Shown: in pieces, positions 45,899 through 57,269 of the stretch
Position numbering within the stretch: position 1 is the first letter of the stretch
Layout: every line of letters begins with the position of its first letter
Source: Adineta vaga
Taxonomy: Eukaryota > Animalia > Rotifera
NCBI GenBank assembly: GCA_021613535.1
Contig: CP075495.1
Location: forward strand, 14,508,001-14,572,000
DNA: 64,000 bases
Reading direction: 5' to 3'
Notes under the pieces: model-generated
The model's database searches: none
What the model saw: only the letters and a program-made list of their open reading frames with translations
What the model was told of the DNA's origin: nothing
Made by a program: the position numbers and the translations under genes

Positions 45899-46263
45899 AT
45901 TTCTTTCTTGTTTATATATATATATATAAAATATCTCATAATTATTTGATTGTCCTACATAGAATTGATTCTTTTTTTCTTCAAGATTATCCATCATTTT
46001 GTATTATTATTTAATGATAATCCTGAAATATACAAAATGAATATCTCAACTTAACTGATTCGAAATTGTACATAAAAAATTTATCATATCAGATCATTCT
46101 CTGATGAAACGGACGACGATTAAAATAGATTTTCATTTATTTCGTATAATTTATTTTAATATTATGCGAGAATCAAAAGAAAACATATTATTATTTGTCT
46201 CGTATAGAACAAGTAAAAAACAGAACGAAGAACGAGTAGTGTAGGAGGAAAAAAAAGAATGGA

Positions 46264-46353
46264 TGCCCCCGGTGAGGCTCGAACTCACGACATCCGCATT
46301 GCTCCGATACTGTGTATAAGTACGGCGCTCTGGTCCAACTGAGCTACGGGGGC
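46264..46353 (-). tRNA. tRNA-Ile(UAU) with a 15-nt intron
   Basis: GCCCCCG TAGCTCAGTTGG...CCGTA CT TAT A [cacagtatcggagca] A TGCGG...GTGAGTTCGAGCCTCAC CGGGGGC A. Acceptor, anticodon and T stems pair. Intron at 46300-46314. An oligo-T terminator follows. Confidence 0.96.
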
Positions 46354-47059
46354 TTATTGAAAAGAAGCAAGAAATTGATAGTCATTCAGTTCATAAATTT
46401 CGAGCAATGCATAAAATGTTTCTTCAGTACGGAATCTATTCGAACTGATTGATTGGTTTTCATATGAATTTATTATTTCGTGAGAATTTTTTTAAATTTA
46501 TTTCATCATGAAGACATGAGCATATTTACCAAAGATACTTTATTTAATCTAATGAATATCAATCATTTATTTTCAAATACAATGTTTAACATATTCTCAT
46601 TAATAAAGAAACGTCGTATTTAGTTCCCAAAAGTACAGTGTCATATGCTAATCAAAAACAAAACGAGCAATTGTATATAATCATGAATCATCCTTTTTTT
46701 TTGAATAGATACTCTGAATAATATCTAATTGAAGGTTAATAGAAACATTTCTACAATTCTTCAAAAAGAGATCATCTTTCATTTCTTACATTTCACAAAT
46801 TACAAAGAACAAAATTTCTCTCAAATATCTCGGTCAATTGTATTTTTTAAAGGCGTTCGATTTTTGTTGTTTTTTTGCTTTCATTTCAAAATTTTACTTG
46901 ATTAGATTTATACATCAATAATGTTTTATTATTTGCGAACCAATCGCATTGATTATTTTAAAAGAATAAGAAAAAACAAGAGATGTTGCATATGCACATA
47001 TAAATACAAACAAAAAGAAGCATAGGAGAATGCAAAGCAGAAAGAAAGTTTTTTTTTTC

Positions 47060-50000
47060 TTAAATAAGATTACAAACAGATGAACGACCTGGTGTTTCAG
47101 GTTGTTCGACATGATGATGATGATGATGATGATGAGAGAAAGAACTTTGATTTCCATTTTGTGCATTCGATTTGGAAATACGACGAGTATTATTCATAGC
47201 TGCTGATACTGGTAGTGGAGGAGGAGATGAAGAAGAGTTTATAGGAGGAAGATTCGTTGGTGATGATGGAATAATTATAGGAGGATTTGAACTGATTGTT
47301 GAACGTTTTCGATTATGAATTTGTGCACGTAATTGATCTACATCATGTCTTAATTCAGTTATTTGTCCACGTATTGTATCAATTGCACCTTTATTTGCAT
47401 GAATAGTTGCGATAAGAATTGGATCAATAGATGAATTTGTTGCTATTGTTGTTTGTTGTTCACGATTGATCGTTGTCGGTTCTTTTATCGAGACATTTTC
47501 ATTGTTATTTTTCGTTACTTTAATTAACGTTGCCATATCTGATTGAGATGAAGTTAGATTCTTTTGTGATACTACTATTTTAGATGTGTCAACGCTTTTT
47601 TGTAATGTTTCCTAGAATAAAATAATTCTTGTTGTTTATCGAGCAATTCGAATTAAGTGAATCGTCTCTTTTCTTTAACTTCTCTATATTCAAACAAAAA
47701 TAGCAACAACGAGAAAAAAAGTACAAAAAGCATTTGATTCATTTTATTGAATTTGTTGTCTTTCTAAATTGTCAATGAATGTATAATAAAACAAAAAGAA
47801 AAGCAAGACAATGTACATTGAACAACATCGCTGGATTTAACACATTTATTATTCTATACGCGGTACCTGAGATGTATTTTCTGACCATAATGATTCTAAA
47901 GAGAAGAATTTTACTTCGAAAAAAAACACAATAACGATGAAAAATAATTACTTACTTAATTTGTCATGTTCTTCTTGTAATTTTTCCCAATTATCACGAT
48001 TTCGTTTACAACCTTCATAAAGTGGATTTAACTCTGGATCAACTTCCGAAAGCATCTAGGTAAATGTAAATCATATTAAATCCGATGAAAAATGAATGAA
48101 TATATAATTACTTTATAAAGTGGAAGGCAGATTGAATCAATAAAACCAACTAAAAAAAGAAAAAGAAGATTAGATAATTCAATAAGAAAAAAAAGAAAAG
48201 TTCAATTCTGACCTTGCATTTTAGGTAATTCATCTTTCTTTGCTCGATCCATCATAGGCTAGAATAATCAATGAAAGATGATTGCAAATCTAAAGAAAAA
48301 ACAAGAAATCTGTCTACATACAATTGGTTCAACATGTAATTGATTTCGTTCGATATCTCCTTGCTGAAAGAATTCACTTGCAACTAATTTTGCAACAACT
48401 TGTTGAATTTCCCATGGTTTACAAATAGCTGCAACATCACATGCTGTCATCATCATTCCTCTAAATAAAATACGAATTCAAATAGATCGACTTTATCGAC
48501 TATATTCATACCGAAGTAATTCTTTTTTTCCTGGCTCATTCCATTGTTTTTCATTGACTTCGACTAATTTTTGAAATTCACCACGTTTTCTTAAAAGAAA
48601 ATGAAGTTTTGTTCGACAACAGTTTGCTTTTGTTTTCAATTTCATCTTACCGAAAATAAAGTGCTAAATCTGTTGATAAAATCGCTGATTCAATGTAATG
48701 AACTGTTAATTTATAATCATCAGGTGATAAAGTTTGAAGAATATTATTTCCTTCAGTTTGTAAAATCATAATACATTGATCAAAATGATGATGTTCAAGT
48801 GTTGATGTTGTATATAATTTTGCAAGTGGTGCATCAACTTTCGCTTGAAAAGCATTATTTGTTCCACGATGATCAAGATCATGACTTAGACATGCAACCA
48901 ATAAACCAATACATTCTAAATCACTCATACAGATATTCAAACCACCGACCTGACAAAAAAAAGAAGTAATTAATTGAGAAATGAAATTCCTATCCATCTA
49001 TCATTATTCAAACTTACTGTAAGCATAGAAAACATCGTTTGAGCAACATTGAATGCATGCCTCCAATTATGATAAATCACCGGTCGATAATTTTTCTTCA
49101 CACTTAATATCCATCGACACATAACATCTTGAGGAATTCGTAATTTTTTCAATAAATCTAATTCCATAAACATTCTTACACTAGCCATAACAGTTTCATC
49201 ATCAGTTAAAACCATATCATTAAATTCCCAAGCATATAATCGTAATTGATTCGCTTCAGGTACAGATATTTGAGATATTCGTTGAACATCTTCATCAGAT
49301 GCAATAACATGATAGGATAAAACTTCAAAAGCAACATTTTGTTTAGCAGTTAAACGTACAACATTTTCATATTGACGAGTATTATGAATACCCAAACCAC
49401 AAAAAACTGAAAATGCCTAAATCAATTCTCAGATTTCTTTATTGATATTCTTCAAAAGTATACAAAATCTTACTTCAATAATTGCGACATCATCTTCTGT
49501 AAAAATTCTTCCATTTAATTTATTCATTACTTGACAAACACCAATAACATGACCATCACCATCCATAATCGGTACACAAAGTATATTGCGTAATTCAAAT
49601 GCATCATCACCCTTCGATATTAACTATAAACAAATAAACAAACATTTTCTTGATTTTTCGAAAAGAAAAAGATATTACAAGATGTGCTAATGCTTGATTA
49701 TTAGTTATTTCATTGAGATTCACTGTTTCCATTGTTATTACGACATGATAAGCAATTTTAGCATAACGTGAATTTTCCAAAAAATCATTTCTAAACAAAT
49801 TATAAGAAATAAAGATCAAAAGTAGATTTATTACATACGTTGTCACTTTAAATTCTTCTCCATATATCATATCAAATCCTTTGGAAAAATGAATATCCTG
49901 AAATATAATTAAAGATGCTCTTTTTTCTCCTTTTCTGATTGCTTTTAATTATAGGTTACTTCGACTTTGTTCGATGTCGCCGGTCGATCTAAGATATAAA

Positions 50001-52490
50001 CACAACAACGAGCACATTGCATAAGACCTTGTGATTCAGTCGTTATTTTCTGTACTAATCGTTCGAGATCATCTTGTTCACGAAATAAATTTCGTGCTAA
50101 ATTGAGAAGAAGCTAAAGAAAAAAAAACGAACGAACAAAAAGATATTATTTATATGATTTCATTCATAGTAGAATATTCAATGAAAAGAAGATAATAAAT
50201 CTAACCTTTAATCTCTTTACAAGTGAAAGATTTTCGTGTGACATAGTTGTCGATTGTAAATGTTCGTTATCAGTAGTTTTATGATTGTTCGAAGAACTTT
50301 GAGCGATTACTCGTGAAATATCATCATGTTTACCGAATGACATAAATATGGAACTATTGTCTAGAAAGTTTTACTTAATCAAATTGTGTCATTGTTCCAT
50401 AAAAATTTAATAGATCAGAATCTAATATGATTAATTTTCATGCTGCGCGTGATAAATGTAAAGAAGAAGAAGAAGGAAAAAAATCAAGAATAAGACGCAA
50501 AAAGAAAACGAGAAACAGAAACGTCTGCACTCATTCTAAACATACACAAAAACGAGAGTATTCATTTTGCGTTTTTTTTGTTTCTCTCTCTCGATTTTTT
50601 TTGCTCGTTTCTGTTGTCAAAACGACGTTAAAAGTATTTGTATATGTTTAAATCTCGTCAGGCATGACAAGCGAATAATATGTCTCGAAAAACAAACATA
50701 TGTCCCACTGTCTGATTTCATCGAAGAACATTGAACAAGAATTTTTACCTGATTTTTTTTATATTCTTGAATAGATAATTCAAATAATTGAGCATTTGAT
50801 AGACCGAGACCACAAAATGTCAAATAATTACGGAAGACCTATGAATAGTTAAACGATAAAGAGAAAGACAGAGAGAGAGAGAGGAAAAAACGTTTTTCGT
50901 AATGTAAATAAAATGACTTACATTAATATCTTTAGTTGTAAATTCATGTGTACCAGTTTTTTTGTTAATTAATTGTGCTACACCAATAACGACATTGTCA
51001 CGATTTAAAATTGGCATACAACATATTGAATGTGTTCTATAACCGGTTTTATTATCTACTTCTTTATTAAATCGTGGATCCTGTTAAGAAGAAGAAGAAA
51101 AACGACTAAATTGCTGTGTCAATAAGCGATTACAGAACGAAAACAAATCTGATCACTTAAGAATGTCGCATGGTGTTGTCAATGACGTTTTTGTTATGGA
51201 CACGTACAAATAAATATAAAAATGTTGAAATGTAATAAGAACTGCTGACACTTTTCTCCTCCCTTCAAGACTTCAAATTAAAAATCTTACAAGACGAACA
51301 TGGCAGATGGATATTCTGATGATTTTACTGATCGTGATATGAGAGAGTATAAATTACGCACAGCTTATGGTGGTTTATTGAAAAAATCTCGACGGAAACC
51401 ATCAAAATATAATGATGTTCAAGTTGCTCATTCCGATGGATGTTGTTCATCACAAGATTCCATGAATCATACATCACATAAACATAAACATACACCACGA
51501 CATGAAGCTCATGAAAGATCTCACCACAAACTCGGCCCTAATGAACCTGTTTATGTACAACATGGACGTGTAACAAAAAATTACAATCGACCAAAGAAAT
51601 CCAATGAACAATTTCATTCAACTGGACAAACGACTTCAACTAAGTCAGTACCAGCAACAAAACAAAAAGGTTGTTGTTGTTGTTGTACAATATGTTAGAC
51701 ATAAATTTCGTTTTCTTTTTTTTTTCTTCTTCTACTTCTTCTATTTTATATAATAATCTAATGAAAAATAAAAAAATGAACTTTCAATTTCTTTTTGATT
51801 CATTGAACAATCTAATCATTTCCTTATTTTCCACTAGACATAATCTTATTTCTCATTTGTATCGATAGAAACATAAATCTAAACGAAATAACTTACTTCA
51901 TACGCATCAGGAATATTAATATATTCTTTGGTGGATGCGACATGTCCAGCAATACCCTTTCCAAATGGTATAATGATTTGTTGATCTTCTTTATGAAGTG
52001 ATTGTTCAAGTGTTGATCCAGCTGTAACATCGAATAATTTGGAAATTAAATATCTTGAATCTTTCGGACCACGTGCTAAGAATAAACTTCCTCGATCGGA
52101 ATTGGTTAAGATTGAAACATTGGTTAAGATTTTATGACAAGCAACATCAACATTCAATTCATTTGCAATATCACGTATAAGTTCAAAGAATAATTCATGT
52201 TCATCTAAACTCATATAATCCACTGCTTGTGATGATGTTGGTGGTAATTCTCGACTTAATCGATGGCCTTGAACAATATTATTGAACATTTCATGTGTTA
52301 AAGATGTTCGCGGTTTGGCTAGATAATCTTTTTGTTCTTTGATTCGAATACATTCTTGTAATAAATCATTCGGTGCATTATCTTTAAACCATCGTTTAAG
52401 AAAATTTGGTTTTCGTGCTAAATAACGTGCAACAATTTCTTCAGATAAAGGTTGCTGATGTTGAGATGAATTGTCCGTTGTCTTAAACAT
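47060..52490 (-). CDS. GAF-GAF cGMP phosphodiesterase (PDE5/6/11 family) with C-terminal CaaX
   Basis: GAF-A: [48 protein letters not shown]: CQVMNKLNG...FTEDD. Catalytic: [55 protein letters not shown]. The last exon 47611-47060 joins in phase 0 and ends SSVCNLI*. Confidence 0.93.
50206..50343 (-). CDS. Probable alternative first coding exon of the PDE (isoform lacking GAF-A)
   Basis: ATG at 50343, 46 open codons [11 protein letters not shown]...LVKRLK, then donor aag|gttag in phase 0 matching the next exon [10 protein letters not shown]. Confidence 0.65.
51300..51698 (+). CDS. Nested antisense gene in PDE intron 1: basic/His-rich 132-aa protein ending [12 protein letters not shown]
   Basis: Intact ORF with TATAAAAA at 51215, Kozak-like ACAATGG and AATAAA at ~51767. 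Lies entirely within the PDE intron 51081-51896. Ends in a cysteine string plus CaaX. Confidence 0.8.
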   Translation: MADGYSDDFTDRDMREYKLRTAYGGLLKKSRRKPSKYNDVQVAHSDGCCSSQDSMNHTSHKHKHTPRHEAHERSHHKLGPNEPVYVQHGRVTKNYNRPKKSNEQFHSTGQTTSTKSVPATKQKGCCCCCTIC

Positions 52491-54177
52491 TTTTCGATGT
52501 AACTAAAAGGCAATAAGAAGAAAAAAGTGTTAGTAAATAAATAGAAGAAGAAAAAGTATGCTTAATCAGCGTAAATAGGAAATAGAATATGGCGGATGAT
52601 AATTTTGCCATCTGAATAAACTTGATAAAGAGTTTTTCAAGTGACAACAAATCGTTAGAAGAAGAAGAAGAGAAGAAAAAAAGAGGCCAAAGCAAAGTAC
52701 AATTGGTGTTTCTTTCACAGTTGGAAAAAAGAAGAAGACTGGGGAAAGAAATTCAAAGATTGCTAAAGACAAGAAAGAGAAAAAAACACGAGAGATGCGA
52801 GGATAAAAAAAAACGAGTGGCATTAGAATTTCCTGCTAAAGATTTTTTGAATATTACATATCATTAGAATGAAGTTTTCTCTTCCTTGGATTTGTCTCTT
52901 CAGGGGACAGTCGACGTCATACCAATGAATCAAATAATTATATAAGAAAAAAAATCTTTCTAGAAAAACATTATTTAATCTTCGATGTTTTCAACTACTG
53001 ATATCTTCAAAGAATAAATATTTGAATCTTGAAAATTTCATTTTCGAAGTATAATTCATCTGTTTTTCTTTTGATAAATATGAACATAGATTTGAGTAAT
53101 CAAATTAGAAATGATGTTGTTTTTCTTTTATATACGATTTCATATTCATTGAACTAAGTCATACTAACCGTAAGAAGATTGTTGAAATATTACAATGACT
53201 TTTTTTGAAAAATCATGAAAAGATTGATATTTCTTACATGATCTGTGACAACAAAAACTAATTGAAAATCATCGTCTTAGTGACAGTGTCGAAGAAAGAG
53301 AAGGAAATCTGTCGTCTTTTATCTCACCCATCAGGATAATTAATATAACCATTCTTTTTTTTATATGATTAATTCAGAAAAAGATTTCTATTTCTCTATT
53401 CATATATATATATATATATATATATTCACCTTAGATGTTTTAATATCCATTATAAATTTGAAAAAACTCTTGATGCGTAATAATAGTAGATAATGATTGT
53501 AACGGTGAAAAAGAGCAAAATCCGACGTTTTTTAATTGCAATAATACATCTATTTAGATGAAATGATAATATTCGTGCATCTTGATTAAGCCAAAACATG
53601 GATCAATTAAGAATATATATTCGTCGGAAAACAACAAGATAGAAAGAGAGCAAAAATATTGTCTCTTTTCTCTAAGTTTGCGTGCCTTTGTGTAATCTAT
53701 TTTGCACTTCATTCTTCTTCTTCTTCTTCTTCTTCTTTTCTTCTTCTTTATGTTGCCACAACAACGGAAATCTGTTGTCGTTTACTTTCATAACATAGTC
53801 CTCTGACTAACGTCGGCACGGTACGACGAAGTCTTCATTCAAGCAATCGTTGATTGAACACCGGCATGCTATTTTCTTCTATTCGAGCTCATCACGCATT
53901 ACTAGAACCATCAATGAATTTTTCTATTGTTTCTTTTCTTTTATTTGTCTTTTACTACTCATGCAATGTAGACAAAAGTCAAGAAAAACAAAAACAACAA
54001 GATAGAACGGAACTGGTGGTACTTCATCAAATGAAATATTAACCTTGTCATACAACGAAATTTTGCTTCATAATGAAAAAAAGAAGAAGGAAAACAGAAC
54101 TTATTGGATATTACTACAAATTAATAAATGACAAAAGAAAATCTATAAAAACTGAAGAAGAAAATATATATATATAT

Positions 54178-55199
54178 TCATTCACGTTCGATTTGTATTT
54201 GAACACTTTTAATCACATGAATTCGATTAGATTGTAAAACTTGTTTTAAACTTTGTCGATCACGATATTGTATTCGATAAGCATTAGTTTGTCCATATCG
54301 ATAACAATTTAATATTTGACCAAATTGTGAAAAATATTCTAATAAATTATAATCAGTTAAACGTGATGCAACATTTCGAACAAGAAGATAATTATCACAT
54401 TCATTGAAATGATCATCGGATTCAATGAAGATATTTAAAACACGTCCATTTAAACAAAATGCACGTTTTAATAATAATTTTATACTATCATTTATATCAA
54501 ATACACCTAATATATACATTTGTCCATAACAATTTTGATGAATAGTAAAAGTTTGTAAAGTCGGAAAATATGTTGAAAGTTTATCTTGATCTTGTTGATG
54601 ATAATTTCCAATATGAACAAGTCGATCTAATGATAATGCAGGAAGAATTTTTCTCGAATGATTTCGTGGATAATATTCGATAGGATAACCATTGATTTGA
54701 TGATTGGACGATCTTATTGCACGATTTGCATCATTTAATTGAGCAAATTCAACAAATGCATAACCACGAGATCTATAAAGAATACAATTAAGTATAAGAC
54801 CGAAATGTTTCGATGTATATTCATAGAGATCATCTTCAGTTATTGATGTGAATTGACCAATTTGTACAAAAACAAAATTGGGTCCATCACGAGTATCATT
54901 GAGTAAAGATGCACTAGACGAAAATAAGAGATTGAAATAGATTGAGAAGATTCTTTTGTCAATTACTTTATTCGACAATTTTCAATGAAATGTGGACGAG
55001 TATTGAGAAAATTAGTTGCACTAATCATGGATGAGAATAAAACATGTACATATGGATGATAACTTTGAGTTTTTCGACGAAAACAACGAAGATTTTTATC
55101 ATAAATTCGACAATATCGTTCAACTATTTTAGTTGATAATGTTCTAACATTTGTAATAGCAATAATTGCTTGTTTTTCTTGATCTTGTCGATTATTCAT
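54178..55199 (-). CDS. Multi-RRM RNA-binding protein, 2 exons
   Basis: RNP1 RGYAFVEF, and RNP2-like FVFVQIGQF and YLLVRNVA...LLEYFSQFGQI. An intron at ~54966-54915 joins the two ORFs in frame. Confidence 0.8.
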
Positions 55200-55777
55200 T
55201 TGAATAAAACGGAAAAAAAATATAATTTAGAAAAGAAGAAGAAGAAATAGTTTTGAACGAAACGACGACGACGATAGATTATAAGAAAAAGTATAAAATA
55301 ATCATTGGTTAGAAGATAAATATTCTTTTACTAGTTCTGCTCATTCCTGCCATCTGACGATAGATCTTGGGAATTTTTAACTAGATAAATTATTGGGTTA
55401 AAGTTCAATGATGTTATTATGTCAATGTCATGACGAAGAATATTTCATTTGCTTCTTTTCGAAATAGATAATATCAATCATGAGCAAAAGATTAAATGTA
55501 GTTTTCAAATAATTAAAGTCAATATAAAACGTACTTCGTCTATCTGTTCTTTGAGATAATTCAATTCGATAGACTTATGTTGAGAGTAAAGTTATTGTCG
55601 TTTTGTGTATTTCAAACCAAATTCAATAGTAGATCATTGAGCTTATTGACATTCCTTAAGTTTTATCTCTACGTCACAAAAAAAAACATATACAAGTTCA
55701 GTCATTTTATAATAGGAATTTATTCGGATTCGTATATAGATATCGAATGATGATAGATATTTATTAGAATAAATCCT

Positions 55778-56919
55778 TTACGATTGATATGATGATAATG
55801 AATTTCGTTCTTGTGATACAGTAAATATATAAATATTTCGAAATTTATAAATCAATTTGATTAAATAATTTACTAAATCATTTTTCGAACCGATTTGTGA
55901 TGGTTTTGAAAATGTTGAATCTAAATTATAATAAATTCCTTGAAGATTCTTAATTGTAAACCAATGATTACTATTGATATTAATTAATAAACCAAAATAT
56001 GAATCCCATGGAAGATGTTGTAAGGATTCACCATTATAAAAATTGACTTGTCGTACATAATATCCACAACGTTTAATTGCTTCGATTAAAACACGTAAAT
56101 CATAATCACCGATATAGAAACGACCATAATCATTATTATAAGAATTTTTATCAAATTCATGAACAATTGCATCAAGATGTTTATGTGTAAATAAATGAGG
56201 AATTTGAAATAGATTATTCAATGAATGAATACCACAACGAAGAAATTCTTGTCGTTCATGATAGATTACCTGAAAAATATTTGTTTAATTAACGTATCTG
56301 ATTGTATAGCACAGAATATTTACCTGCTTCTTGTCCTTCTCTGTTGATTGCTGTTGTGGCGGCGCCGACGGCGGTGATGGTTGTTGTCGATATTCTCCCT
56401 GACGTTTTCGTGCTGATTCATCTCCATCACCATATTGTTGTAAAAGAAGAGCATAATAACGATCATCATCTTCACAACGTTTAGATGCTTTATTGTCTTT
56501 GGCATAATGACTACCGAAATCATTATCTACAGATGACACATTCATATATTGATTTAAACAAAAAGAAGCTTCTATATGTTACTATTTTCTGTATTTGATG
56601 CGGAACGAGAACTACTTTTTGCATTCGAAAATTTTCCTTTAAATTCTTTACCATTGCAATAATCTTCGACGATATCCTATTCAAAAAACAAAAGGTAAAT
56701 AGAATGACTAATCAAATCTTCATATTTTACTTGTAATTTCCAATTATATTGTGTAAGAAAATAAATACAATCTTCGATGTTCAATTCAGTAAGTTCCTAA
56801 AAGAAATATTCTGACGAAATTTCATAATTTTCTTGAAAAAAAAACAATTTCACATGAAAAGTGTGAAGAATTTTGTCTTGTGATTGTGTCTGTGACATAG
56901 TTGACAATGAAGTCGACAT
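55778..56919 (-). CDS. Josephin-family deubiquitinase with an N-terminal UBA-like domain, 5 exons
   Basis: Josephin domain IYHERQEFLRCGIHSLNNLFQ...GDYD...NHWFTIKNLQGIYYNLDS with the Cys-His-Asp triad intact. The N-terminal exons DKILHTFH|ELTELNIEDCIYFLTQYNWKLQ|DIVEDY are UBA-like. Confidence 0.85.
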
Positions 56920-57269
56920 TGTGTTTCTTTTCAATGTATGTTCCTCAGTAATGAAGGTAAGTAACTAAAAGAAAGGAAAAAAAGAAAGAAAAATCAAGGT
57001 AAATAACGTGCATTTTTTTCTGTTGATAAATATTCGTCATGAGAATGACTTGTTGAATATTTCTTACATTTTCAATAACAGAGAAAAAGATGAAAATAAT
57101 TACGATGCTTGAGATAAGTTGGACAATATTTTATTATTCTTAAAGAATTGAAAAACAAAAACGATGAGTGACAGATAAATAGATATTGAATGAAAATATG
57201 CAATCTAATTAATTCAAATTGTGCAAGAGTGATGTTTCCAACATGAAGAAAAAATTATCAATATATATT

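Noticed and set aside
47060-47536. Stand-alone 158-aa gene
   Set aside because: The frame is open upstream to a splice acceptor at 47612 and joins the PDE in phase, so it is the PDE terminal exon.
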